A stretch of 64,000 bases of DNA from a virus (Duplodnaviria > Caudoviricetes), in IMG/VR virus record IMGVR_UViG_3300032292_000703, positions 2,964-66,963 of that record; one strand, given 5' to 3'. Positions within the stretch are counted from its first letter, which is position 1; each line of letters begins with the position of its first letter. Below are positions 28,836-38,584 of this stretch, one piece after another. The notes beneath the pieces were generated by a model. The model ran no database searches. It was not told where the DNA came from and saw only the letters and a program-made list of their open reading frames with translations. A program made the position numbers and the translations under genes.

Positions 28836-31169
28836 ATGAATGGAACAGTTGGACCAGTAACAATGTATGGATCTAAGGTTGAAGCCTACGGCAAGTTTGT
28901 TGCTGTGGGAAACCCAAATCCACAATATGCATCTCAAGCTGGTACTGGTAGTATCGACTTATATCGGTTTGATATATCAAAAGGATCATATTCTTACTAT
29001 GGTACTTCCAGATCTATGTTTGCTTTTGGTACAAGTGGAACCGGAGGAACAAGTGGAACTGGTGCTACATCAATATCAAAAGATGCATATGGTCAATCTT
29101 TTGATTTGTACGAAAACGTTTTTGTTGTTGGTAATGAATATTTTACCGGATCTTATTTGGGTTCGCCCTACACACATACTAGTCTTGTAGACGTTTACTT
29201 GTTGAATCTTACATCATCAAATTCTTCAACTATTGCATCATCGTTGATTTCTGCAAGAAAAATCAATTCACCGATAGGTACCACATATAATTCGTTTGGT
29301 CACTCTGTTTCTATAAACAACAAATATATTGTTGTAGGTGCAAATCAAAATGGCAATGGTTCTGTGTATGTGTATAGTTACACAACTGGATCTAGTGGCA
29401 TTTCAGTATCATCTACTCCAATTTCTACAATTTCCGCTGTAGAAACGGGAAACAGTTTTGGTTCATTGGTACGTATCGACAAATCGGGAAGCAATTCCAT
29501 CTTGATTGCTGAAACAGCATCTTTGGAAAATCCAAGCGTATATTTGTTTGAAAGTGCTTCTGGTGGTTGGTCACTGACACATACATTTTCTTCTATTACT
29601 GGATCTCAATATGTTCCATTTGACTCAATCAATTCATATGGTTATGTAAAAAATTCATATGATAGATTTGGTAATGATATTCAAATCAATGGAAATACTA
29701 TTGTAATTGGTGCTCCCTATGACGCCAGCTATTATGAATACAGTGGATCAAATACTCAATATAGTAGAGGTGCTGCATACATTTACAATCGTAAAGATTG
29801 TCCCGTAAACACAGCAAACGCAAATGGAATTTATGCTGATGATGGACAAGTATATTGGGATTTGATTGAAAAGTATATCGGTGATCAATACACTATCAAA
29901 TCAAATCGTTTGGGATGTTCTGTTGACGTATGTAACGATAGAATTGTTGTTGGGTGTATTTCGTCAAGCAACGCATTGGCTATCAAATCAACAGTATCAA
30001 GCTCTATCAGTCAGTCATATGATGACACTAACGTCATACATGGACAGTATATTTTGTTTGAAAAAACTGGTTCCACAGTTGTTCCAGTTACATACGATTA
30101 CAAAAAGAAAGCTATAGGATATCCATATATGTCATATGGATATGATGTTGCTATAAGCGATAGATCCATTGCAATTGGTTCACCGTATATTATCAACGAT
30201 TTTACATCCAGTAACACTTTTGTTGTTAGTCCATCTGTTGCTCAACTTGATCTATTGAATATGCGTGGTCATGCGTATATTTCTACATTGAGTTCGTTGA
30301 GAACAAATTATCATGTTGGTAATGTTTTTTATAAGAACGGTGAAATCATTTTCTCAAATACTGGATCACAATTTGATAACATGTTGGAGACAGAAGATAC
30401 AAGAGAGTACAAATATGATTTATCATACAAGAGCAAATATACACTGAATGAAAAGTCCGTGATTTGTGTGGTAGAATCTGGTGAATTCAATGTACCTACA
30501 AATCCTACTGCGTTAGTCAATTCGATTCCTTCATTTGATTTGTTTGGAAACGGACAATTTGATTTCAGAGATTTGAATTTGATTTTGTTGTATATTGTTG
30601 ATGTTAATACACCAGGCAGTCCCAATTTTGCCGCTGACTCTACATTTTGGGATGAATATGTTATTGAAAACGCAACTGAACGAAGTCTGTTTGAATATTA
30701 TACGACCTTCTATGAGTATGGTCAATATACTTTAAAACAACAGTATTCACGTTATCAATCAACTCTGGTACAAAAAGAAATGGAGTTTGATTTTGACGGT
30801 GACGGAAAAGTTACCATCAATGATGCTAAAATATTGTGGAAGTTCTTTATCGGCGCACTGAATATTGAGAACTACAATAATTTAATCAATCCATTTTCAA
30901 CAAGAGTGAGTCTTTCCGATGTTGTGTCATATATAACATCAAAGACATCAAAATATCCGGATACAAATGGAATACCTACTATCAACTCTACATTCTTGGA
31001 TTATCAAGAAAGTGCTTCACTTGATATCACTGGCTCATACTTGGCACCCTATATTACTACAATTGGGTTATATAGTGGCGCCGATTTGGTTGCAGTAGCT
31101 AAGTTGTCGTCTCCAATCAAAAACAGTGGAGAGTATCCTTTAAATTTTTTGGTTAAATGGGACGTATAA
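28836..31169 (+). CDS. Virion protein: FG-GAP-like beta-propeller, dockerin/EF-hand pair, tail-collar-like C-terminus
   Basis: Seven (F/Y)G.SV.I....VVG(AP) blades; DLFGNGQFDFRDL and DFDGDGKVTINDA; C-terminal PYITTIGLYSGADLVAVAKLSSP. Confidence 0.8.
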   Translation: MNGTVGPVTMYGSKVEAYGKFVAVGNPNPQYASQAGTGSIDLYRFDISKGSYSYYGTSRSMFAFGTSGTGGTSGTGATSISKDAYGQSFDLYENVFVVGNEYFTGSYLGSPYTHTSLVDVYLLNLTSSNSSTIASSLISARKINSPIGTTYNSFGHSVSINNKYIVVGANQNGNGSVYVYSYTTGSSGISVSSTPISTISAVETGNSFGSLVRIDKSGSNSILIAETASLENPSVYLFESASGGWSLTHTFSSITGSQYVPFDSINSYGYVKNSYDRFGNDIQINGNTIVIGAPYDASYYEYSGSNTQYSRGAAYIYNRKDCPVNTANANGIYADDGQVYWDLIEKYIGDQYTIKSNRLGCSVDVCNDRIVVGCISSSNALAIKSTVSSSISQSYDDTNVIHGQYILFEKTGSTVVPVTYDYKKKAIGYPYMSYGYDVAISDRSIAIGSPYIINDFTSSNTFVVSPSVAQLDLLNMRGHAYISTLSSLRTNYHVGNVFYKNGEIIFSNTGSQFDNMLETEDTREYKYDLSYKSKYTLNEKSVICVVESGEFNVPTNPTALVNSIPSFDLFGNGQFDFRDLNLILLYIVDVNTPGSPNFAADSTFWDEYVIENATERSLFEYYTTFYEYGQYTLKQQYSRYQSTLVQKEMEFDFDGDGKVTINDAKILWKFFIGALNIENYNNLINPFSTRVSLSDVVSYITSKTSKYPDTNGIPTINSTFLDYQESASLDITGSYLAPYITTIGLYSGADLVAVAKLSSPIKNSGEYPLNFLVKWDV

Positions 31170-31199
31170 TAATATTTATAATCAACATAGACTAATATT

Positions 31200-31481
31200 A
31201 TGGCAAATTCAATTGAAAGAACGTCATTAACCAAAAATCTTGAATCAAGATATGCTTCAGACCGTACCGGTGGTGCGTTTGATGCAAAGAAAGCTGGTAC
31301 AAACACCATGATTCAAGGTGTTCAAACACCATATGGCTATACTCAATTGTCAAAGACGTTGACCATTGAACCGGGATTTACTACGGGTATGAACACTAGT
31401 CGTCGTGAAAATTTCACAGACAAGGCTTTGAATACTTCGGGATTTTATCGTGTTGGTGAGACCAATAGATACCGTCCATAA
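31200..31481 (+). CDS. Hypothetical protein
   Basis: 93 aa ORF; TATTTATA at 31173-31180. Confidence 0.75.
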   Translation: MANSIERTSLTKNLESRYASDRTGGAFDAKKAGTNTMIQGVQTPYGYTQLSKTLTIEPGFTTGMNTSRRENFTDKALNTSGFYRVGETNRYRP

Positions 31482-31498
31482 AAATAAATAAATAAGTT

Positions 31499-32002
31499 AT
31501 GACATTAGGATTGGATGCTAGCACATCTACCGTTGGATGGGCGTTTTCAGAAGATGGTAAGATCGTTAGTGCTGGATTTTTAGACATATCAAATTTAGAG
31601 ACTTCCAAAGAGAAGTCTCTTTTTGTTTTAGATTATCTTAAAACTACACCGTTACTCAAAAACGTTGCCGAAATTAATCTTGAGGCAGCATTGAGTGGAT
31701 TTGCTGGAGGTAGAACCAGTCAACAAGTTATCATCAAGTTGGCAAGATTCAATGCAGTTTTTGAGTACATCATTTCTGAAGAAACCAAATTGCAGGTTAA
31801 CTTGTGTAACGTCAACACCATGAGAAAACAGTTGTTTGGAAAAGCAAGAGTCAAGGGTATGAAGGCCAAAGAATTTGTTAAAGCCAACATTGTGAACTTC
31901 GTTGATGTGACCAAATTTGACCAGAAAAAGAAAAAAGGCAGTTGGGATGAACGCAACGGTGACATGTATGATGCCATGGTCTGTGCTTTATTTAAAGCAT
32001 AA
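31499..32002 (+). CDS. ruvC: RuvC-like Holliday junction resolvase (RNase H fold)
   Basis: LGLDAST..VGW, NLEAAL, C-terminal DMYDA acidic triad. Confidence 0.8.
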   Translation: MTLGLDASTSTVGWAFSEDGKIVSAGFLDISNLETSKEKSLFVLDYLKTTPLLKNVAEINLEAALSGFAGGRTSQQVIIKLARFNAVFEYIISEETKLQVNLCNVNTMRKQLFGKARVKGMKAKEFVKANIVNFVDVTKFDQKKKKGSWDERNGDMYDAMVCALFKA

Positions 32003-32007
32003 TTTTG

Positions 32008-32035
32008 TTGATTTGGATAGAGTTTCTGATACAGT
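32008..32035 (+). promoter_or_regulatory. Host sigma70-type promoter for the primase/nuclease block
   Basis: TTGATT-N16-TACAGT with an extended -10 TG; ATG 6 nt downstream. Confidence 0.55.
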
Positions 32036-32041
32036 ACTAGC

Positions 32042-33004
32042 ATGTTGTTGTATCAGACAGAAGTTGTCACCATTTTAAATAAAGCACTAAAACAGTCCGC
32101 CAAAATTCGTAAAGGGACTGATGCTGTGTACTTTTGTCCGGTATGTAAGCATTACAAACGCAAACTAGAAATCAACACGGTTACTGGAAAGTATCATTGT
32201 TGGGTGTGTGGATTATCAGGTACATCGTTAAAGACGTTGTTCAAAAAGTTGGGATTGTCTGGTGAATATCTAAGCCAGATTTACAAGAACACTGAGACTT
32301 ATAGAAAACTTCCACAAAACGATATCAGTGCCATTCTGGAAATCTTTTCTGAGAAGAAGGTTGATATCGTTGAACAATTGATGCTTCCAAAGGAATATCG
32401 TTCGTTTTATGACGAAGAGTTGACGTTGACTGGAAGACACGCTTTGAAGTATCTGAAAAGTCGTAACATCACAAAATACGATGTTTTGAGATACAATATC
32501 GGATATTGTGAAGGTGGTCAGTTTCATGGCAGAATTTTGATACCATCATATGATGCGTCTGGTCATTTGAATTTTTATTCGACACGAAGTGTGTTTGAAG
32601 ATGCCAAAATGAAATACGTCAACAGTTTTGGATCCAAGGATATTATTGGCTTTGAGATGTTTGTGGATTATCATCAGCCAATTACGTTGGTTGAAGGTGC
32701 GTTTGATGCTATATCGGTGAGAAACAATGCAATTCCTTTATTTGGAAAAACGCTTTCAAATAAGTTGAAATCGGCGTTGATCTGTAATACAGTGAAGAAA
32801 GTCAATATTGTGTTGGATAACGATGCATTGTCTGATTCTATTCGAATCAGTGAATTTCTGTTGAAAAACAATATTGAAACTCGGTTGGTCAAACTTGATG
32901 GAAAAGATCCATCTGAAATCGGATTCGCAAAAACTTGGGAATTGATTAACAATACTCCAGTTCTTGATTTCGAATCATTATTTCGTAGTAAATTATCTAT
33001 TTGA
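32042..33004 (+). CDS. dnaG: DNA primase (Zn finger plus TOPRIM), gp61/DnaG-like
   Basis: CPVC...YHCWVC zinc finger; YLKSRNI; LVEGAFDA; LDNDA; GKDPSE. Confidence 0.92.
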   Translation: MLLYQTEVVTILNKALKQSAKIRKGTDAVYFCPVCKHYKRKLEINTVTGKYHCWVCGLSGTSLKTLFKKLGLSGEYLSQIYKNTETYRKLPQNDISAILEIFSEKKVDIVEQLMLPKEYRSFYDEELTLTGRHALKYLKSRNITKYDVLRYNIGYCEGGQFHGRILIPSYDASGHLNFYSTRSVFEDAKMKYVNSFGSKDIIGFEMFVDYHQPITLVEGAFDAISVRNNAIPLFGKTLSNKLKSALICNTVKKVNIVLDNDALSDSIRISEFLLKNNIETRLVKLDGKDPSEIGFAKTWELINNTPVLDFESLFRSKLSI

Positions 33005-33009
33005 ATTTT

Positions 33010-36000
33010 ATGGTCACAAAACTTACATGTGGAGTTTCAAACTTCACCAACATTCTTCATATCGCAGATATTCATATTCTGTTGACCAAACGTCATACCG
33101 AATATCGTGAGGTGTTTGAAAACCTATACAAATCAATTGACAGAACACCGTCGTCAACTGCGGTTTGTGTAGTTGGAGACGTTTTTCATAACAAAAGCGA
33201 TCTTAGCCCTGAATGCGTTGAAATTGCGTCCCAATTTCTCAAGAGATTGGCAGATCTTCGTCCGACCATACTTACCGCTGGTAATCATGACGCTACGTTG
33301 ACCAACAAAAACCGAATGGACAGTTTGAGTCCCATCGTTAACGCACTCAAGCATCCAAACCTGTTTTATCTAAGGGACACTGGAATCTATCTTCTAGGAG
33401 ATATCCTTTTCAATAACTTTTCAGTGTTTGATGAACATTCTCCCGAAAACTACATTCGGTTTGCAAACATTCCCAAGACATATGTTAACAATGCTACTTA
33501 TTGTATTGGACTATATCATGGACCAATTGATAGTGCTGTGACTGATATTGGCTATAAAGTCAGTAGCAGTACCAAGAATGAACTGTTTGATGGTCACCAA
33601 ATCATTTTGCTAGGTGACATTCATCGTCATCAGGTTCTTCAAACATACGGCGTTGATGATAACAATGTACGCAAACCGGTAGTTGTTTATTCTGGATCGT
33701 TGATTCAACAGAATCACGGTGAAGAACTTCGTGGTCATGGCTTTGTTTATTGGGATCTCAAGACTCTCAAGTTCAAACACGTTGAAGTCAAAAACGACTA
33801 TGGATACTTTACCATTGAAGTTGATAAAGGACGGTTGCTTACCGATCTGAATGGCATTCCCAAGAAAACCACTCTACGAGTTAAGGCACTAGAAACGGTG
33901 GCTTCTGAAATGAAAGCCATTATTGCTGAGGTTCGTAAACATACTGAACTAATGGATATCAACTATCTACGGGTGGATAACTTGGTGTCGAGTCTTACTA
34001 ATTCAGTGGTGCCAAATTTGAATGTTCACGGACTTTCAAACATTACGTATCAAAACAAGTTGATCACAGAGTATCTTCAGGATAAACATGCCAATATTCC
34101 AGATGGTCTTATTTTGTCCGTGGAAAAGATCAACAAGGAACTGAACGATTTGATTGTCAAGGATCTTACCGCAAAGAATATTCGATGGAAGCCTAAGCGG
34201 TTTGAGTTTGACAACATGTTTAGTTACGGCGAAGGAAACGTCATCGACTTCAGTAAGATGAAGGATGTAGTGGGTCTATTTGCTGCAAACGCAAGTGGAA
34301 AATCCAGTATTCTTTCTGCTCTATCGTTTTGTATTTTCGATAAATGTGATCGTGCTTTCAAAGCCGTCCATGTCATGAATACTCAAAAGTTGTCGTTTCG
34401 TTGTAAGTTCAATTTTGAAATTGATAAGGTCAATTACTTCATTGAACGTATCGGAAACGCTGATAAGAAGGGCAGTGTCAAGGTTGATGTCAAATTTTGG
34501 AAGGAAGAAAATGGTCAGGTTATTGAACTAAATGGAGAAGCTCGTCGTAATACCAACGATCTCATTAGAGATTATGTTGGCACCTATGATGACTTTATTC
34601 TCACAGTGTTGAGCATTCAAAACAGTAAGACTGGTTCATTCATTGATCTAGGTCAAACTGAACGCAAAGATCTATTGGCACAATTCATGGGGCTTACAAT
34701 CTTTGATAAACTGCATAGTCTGGCTAACGATCAGATGCGTGAGTGGGCCTTAGTAATGAAGAACTTTGCAAAGACGGATTATACCGTTGAAATAGACACG
34801 TTGACCACAAATATCACCAATGCTGAATCAGTTATTCGGGTGAACGAAACTGAATTGAAACAATTGGGCGAACAACGTGATGTTGAAAACGATAAAGTCG
34901 TAGAAACGTCCTCACAGTTGATCAAGGTCAATGTTGGTACAACTGATATTGTTTCGTTGGAATCTCAACGACGTACCACCGAACAACGTATTTCCAATAA
35001 TCAGTCAAAATACGACAACGAAATCGTAAACATTGAGAAGTTGAAGAATGATGTCAAACCGTTGAACGAAAAGGTTGAACAGTTTAAGTCTGATGATATT
35101 GAGGGTAAGTATTCTCAATACAATACGTTGATGTTGGAAGTGTCCTCATATGAGGGTCAATTGGATCGTAAGAAGTTGGTTGTCAATAATAAGTTGGACA
35201 AGTTGAAGAAGCTTGAGGCTCACAAGTACGATCCAAATTGTACATACTGTGTCAATAACGTGTTTGTGCAAGACGCAATTAAGACTAAGGAAGACCTTGA
35301 AAATGACAAGGTTGAAGCTAGATCTTTGATTACGAAGTTGTCCGAAGTCAAAAACAAGGCATCAGCAATAGAGAAAGTGGCAGGACAATATCAGGAATAT
35401 CGAAAGTTGTCCAATGATCTGACCACGTTGAATAAGAACATTTCATCGTTGGAAAACGGACAGTTGCAATTGGAGAATACGATTGTCAAGGATAAGAACT
35501 CATTGGAGGTTATCAATGGCAAGATTAAGGAGTATTATGATGCTAAGGATGCAATTGAATCCAACATCAAAGTTCAACAAACTATTGACGGTATTAAAGC
35601 CAATATCAAAAACATTGATTTCAACATCAAGACGGTCAATGGAAAGATCATTGATTTGAAGAGTAAGATCAATACTTGGACATATCAGAAGTCTGAAATT
35701 GAAAAGAAGATCGTGGAAGCAAAAGAGACTGAGTTGATTTACAATGCCTACACGTATTATGTAGATGCGGTGTCAAGAGATGGGTTGCAGTATCAAATCA
35801 TCTCCAAAGCGTTGCCTGGGATTGAGGCAGAGGTCAATAACATTCTGAATCAGATCGTTGAGTTCACAGTATCGTTTCATACTGATGGTAAGAACATTAT
35901 GACTTACATTGTGTATGAGGATAAAAAGTGGCCTTTGGAACTTGCCAGTGGTTTGGAGAAGTTTGTAAGTTCGTTGGCAATTAGAGTTGCGTTGATCAAC

Positions 36001-36219
36001 GTATCCAATCTACCCCGACCCAACTTTATTGCTATTGATGAAGGATTTGGGTGTGCTGACAGTGATCATTTGTCTGCCATGGCCAATTTGTTCTCGTTTT
36101 TGAAGAGCAATTTTGACTTTGTATGGATTGTGAGTCACTTGGATGTACTGAAGGATATGGTTGATACCCGTTTGGAGATAGTCAAGGACAATGGGTTTTC
36201 ACGTATTAATTTCCAGTGA
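33010..36219 (+). CDS. Fused Mre11/SbcD nuclease and Rad50/SbcC ATPase (T4 gp47-gp46 fusion)
   Basis: Phosphoesterase motifs ADIH, GDVFH, GNHD, YHG, GDIH; then Walker A ANASGKS, coiled coil with a CTYC hook, LASG signature, Walker B IDEGF, VSH. Confidence 0.92.
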   Translation: MVTKLTCGVSNFTNILHIADIHILLTKRHTEYREVFENLYKSIDRTPSSTAVCVVGDVFHNKSDLSPECVEIASQFLKRLADLRPTILTAGNHDATLTNKNRMDSLSPIVNALKHPNLFYLRDTGIYLLGDILFNNFSVFDEHSPENYIRFANIPKTYVNNATYCIGLYHGPIDSAVTDIGYKVSSSTKNELFDGHQIILLGDIHRHQVLQTYGVDDNNVRKPVVVYSGSLIQQNHGEELRGHGFVYWDLKTLKFKHVEVKNDYGYFTIEVDKGRLLTDLNGIPKKTTLRVKALETVASEMKAIIAEVRKHTELMDINYLRVDNLVSSLTNSVVPNLNVHGLSNITYQNKLITEYLQDKHANIPDGLILSVEKINKELNDLIVKDLTAKNIRWKPKRFEFDNMFSYGEGNVIDFSKMKDVVGLFAANASGKSSILSALSFCIFDKCDRAFKAVHVMNTQKLSFRCKFNFEIDKVNYFIERIGNADKKGSVKVDVKFWKEENGQVIELNGEARRNTNDLIRDYVGTYDDFILTVLSIQNSKTGSFIDLGQTERKDLLAQFMGLTIFDKLHSLANDQMREWALVMKNFAKTDYTVEIDTLTTNITNAESVIRVNETELKQLGEQRDVENDKVVETSSQLIKVNVGTTDIVSLESQRRTTEQRISNNQSKYDNEIVNIEKLKNDVKPLNEKVEQFKSDDIEGKYSQYNTLMLEVSSYEGQLDRKKLVVNNKLDKLKKLEAHKYDPNCTYCVNNVFVQDAIKTKEDLENDKVEARSLITKLSEVKNKASAIEKVAGQYQEYRKLSNDLTTLNKNISSLENGQLQLENTIVKDKNSLEVINGKIKEYYDAKDAIESNIKVQQTIDGIKANIKNIDFNIKTVNGKIIDLKSKINTWTYQKSEIEKKIVEAKETELIYNAYTYYVDAVSRDGLQYQIISKALPGIEAEVNNILNQIVEFTVSFHTDGKNIMTYIVYEDKKWPLELASGLEKFVSSLAIRVALINVSNLPRPNFIAIDEGFGCADSDHLSAMANLFSFLKSNFDFVWIVSHLDVLKDMVDTRLEIVKDNGFSRINFQ

Positions 36220-36249
36220 TTTCTATATGTATTGTTGAACACAATACAT

Positions 36250-38562
36250 ATGGCAATTATATCAAATCCACGAAATGTCGGGCAGAAGCTGAATCTATCA
36301 AGTCTTAAAGTTGATATTGAAGATTCTTCATTTCTGTCCGAATATTTTGTATTATCTGAATACTCTCCCAAGTTTACTGCCGGTAAAAATACATTCTTAT
36401 TAAATGGATCTGACAAACTTGCGTCTGGTACACCTATACAGTTAGAGGTTTTGGATACGGCTGGTAATTCTTTGTATGTTGAAATTGCTAAAACCAATAA
36501 CGTTGCGTACAAAGAAGGTGGAGCCATCAGAATTTCTGTTTATGTTTACAGTGATACTCCATATGGTGTTGGTAAAATCATTCTTGTTAGTCGTGAAAAA
36601 CAAAATAATAAGGTGGTAAGATGGATTGGTAACATACAAATTAACCCGTTGATTCAAAATACATCAAAGGTTCTTTTTTATAAACCACCCACATTAACGG
36701 TTGATTCATCATTTGTACCAATCGTTACTGATCAATCTACTGGGTACGTTCAAACTGTAGTTGGCTCTCCTGTACAAACCAACGCGGTTACTCCAAAGAA
36801 GGGTGATGACTATGGTTTGTTTGATGTCAATTCAACGCCGATTGATTATAGATTAACTATATTTGACGCTGGATTAATTATGTCAGCATCAATGAAGAAT
36901 TCTTTGGTAGACATATACGTCACCAAGGTAGATGATGTAGTTGGGTCTTTAAACATTACATCATCAAATGTGATTACTGAAATCATTGATGATAAAAATG
37001 TCAAGTTAAAACATCCAATCTACTACATCAATAATCAGAATAAAAAGATTATTGTCAATGCAGTCGATGCAACGTTAAATGCACTGTTTACTAATGTCAA
37101 ATATGATACACGGTTTTTGACCAGTTCATCATACAATCAATCTGTAGCATTTGTCGAATACTCTGATATCAAAACCTTTTGTGGAAATGTATATCGTCAC
37201 AAAATGTACAGAAGAAGTTTGAGTACAGCTGGTGATTTTGAAATTATTGCTGATGAACCAATTGTGGATTCTGATTTATTGATTGATCAAACTACACCAA
37301 ACAGTTTTTTCAAAAGTTTAGGATCGTTTCCAAATGTGGATCATTTGAACCACTATTGGTATAAAAGTTCTGGGGCAACATCGTTGGCCAGAGATGCGTC
37401 ATACTTGATGGATTCGATGATATTCACCAATAACAATGACGCCGAACATTATGTAATTGTAAAAAACGATACCAACGGTGGAAGTCAAAACCATGTTTAT
37501 TCTCCATACAATGCATCTGAAAATATTACCGAATCAGGAGTTGGTTATGACAGTAATTTCATGAAGTTTTATCCTGATGTCACATACAAACTATCTTGTA
37601 AAACCAGAATCATAAAATCAAACACCTCAAAACCGGCTTATGTATCGTTTTACATTACATCATCACTATATGATCAAATCAACAGTGATGAAAACTATGA
37701 TGTAAACAGAGGAATAAAGATTGGCGAGTTTTATTTGGATGAACGATCATCGTCATTATATTATCCGTCTCCTGTGGTTTTTTACAACAAGTTCAAAAAT
37801 GAGTTTAATGGAACGATGGTGATTTACACAAGAAATTGTGAAGCAACATTATCCGATATTAAACTCACGACATATTCGGAGCCATCATTTTCACCCGACA
37901 TTTTTGTAACTCGTATTCCGTTTCCAGTATCAGTTGCTGGAGAACAGTTTGAAATCAAAGCTGAGTTGTTTGACGTTAATTCAAATCTTGTGTATTCGGA
38001 TCTTCGTACAATTAGTACATTTGACGTTTCTGGATCTACTCTCAATAAAGTTCCGGGTATAACCTCAGCCGATACGACCAATGGATTAACGGTGTTTAAT
38101 GTAATTGTCAAGACAGAACAAACCAATCCTGCACAAGGTATAACCATGTTGGACGCATCAAGATTTAATTTTGAGGCGAGTGGAAGTGGTGGTGACAATG
38201 CAACAAATGGAACTTTTTATATTAAAAATGGTACGGTAAGTATTAGCCCCCAAATTACTAGTGGGGTTGGGGGTAAAGTATTTATTAAACCAAGTACAAC
38301 TTTAGAAATCAATCCAGCATCATTGGGCACATTAGATAACATTGATATTGGACAGTCAACTCACAAAAAAGGAAAGTTCACCGATTTGGAAGCAACCGTA
38401 TCAGCTACAGTTCCAACTACTACAGCACCAGCAACAGTAAGTGCTACCGTTACAAGTACAACGTTAGCATCAACGCCCGGTACGGTTGATGTGGTATGTC
38501 CACTAAAAACTCCAGATGGTTGGTTGTTAATCAATGGTAAGAAAGTTCCTTATTACAACTAA
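36250..38562 (+). CDS. Large putative virion structural protein
   Basis: Beta-rich, Thr-rich C-terminus ending TPDGWLLINGKKVPYYN (fibre-tip-like); TATGTATT at 36226-36233. Confidence 0.65.
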   Translation: MAIISNPRNVGQKLNLSSLKVDIEDSSFLSEYFVLSEYSPKFTAGKNTFLLNGSDKLASGTPIQLEVLDTAGNSLYVEIAKTNNVAYKEGGAIRISVYVYSDTPYGVGKIILVSREKQNNKVVRWIGNIQINPLIQNTSKVLFYKPPTLTVDSSFVPIVTDQSTGYVQTVVGSPVQTNAVTPKKGDDYGLFDVNSTPIDYRLTIFDAGLIMSASMKNSLVDIYVTKVDDVVGSLNITSSNVITEIIDDKNVKLKHPIYYINNQNKKIIVNAVDATLNALFTNVKYDTRFLTSSSYNQSVAFVEYSDIKTFCGNVYRHKMYRRSLSTAGDFEIIADEPIVDSDLLIDQTTPNSFFKSLGSFPNVDHLNHYWYKSSGATSLARDASYLMDSMIFTNNNDAEHYVIVKNDTNGGSQNHVYSPYNASENITESGVGYDSNFMKFYPDVTYKLSCKTRIIKSNTSKPAYVSFYITSSLYDQINSDENYDVNRGIKIGEFYLDERSSSLYYPSPVVFYNKFKNEFNGTMVIYTRNCEATLSDIKLTTYSEPSFSPDIFVTRIPFPVSVAGEQFEIKAELFDVNSNLVYSDLRTISTFDVSGSTLNKVPGITSADTTNGLTVFNVIVKTEQTNPAQGITMLDASRFNFEASGSGGDNATNGTFYIKNGTVSISPQITSGVGGKVFIKPSTTLEINPASLGTLDNIDIGQSTHKKGKFTDLEATVSATVPTTTAPATVSATVTSTTLASTPGTVDVVCPLKTPDGWLLINGKKVPYYN

Positions 38563-38584
38563 TTGACGATATTTATAAGACGAT

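Noticed and set aside
28820-28840. Programmed readthrough or frameshift joining 26048 and 28836
   Set aside because: The genes are in different frames, there is no canonical slippery heptamer, and the upstream protein ends in a natural-looking cap motif
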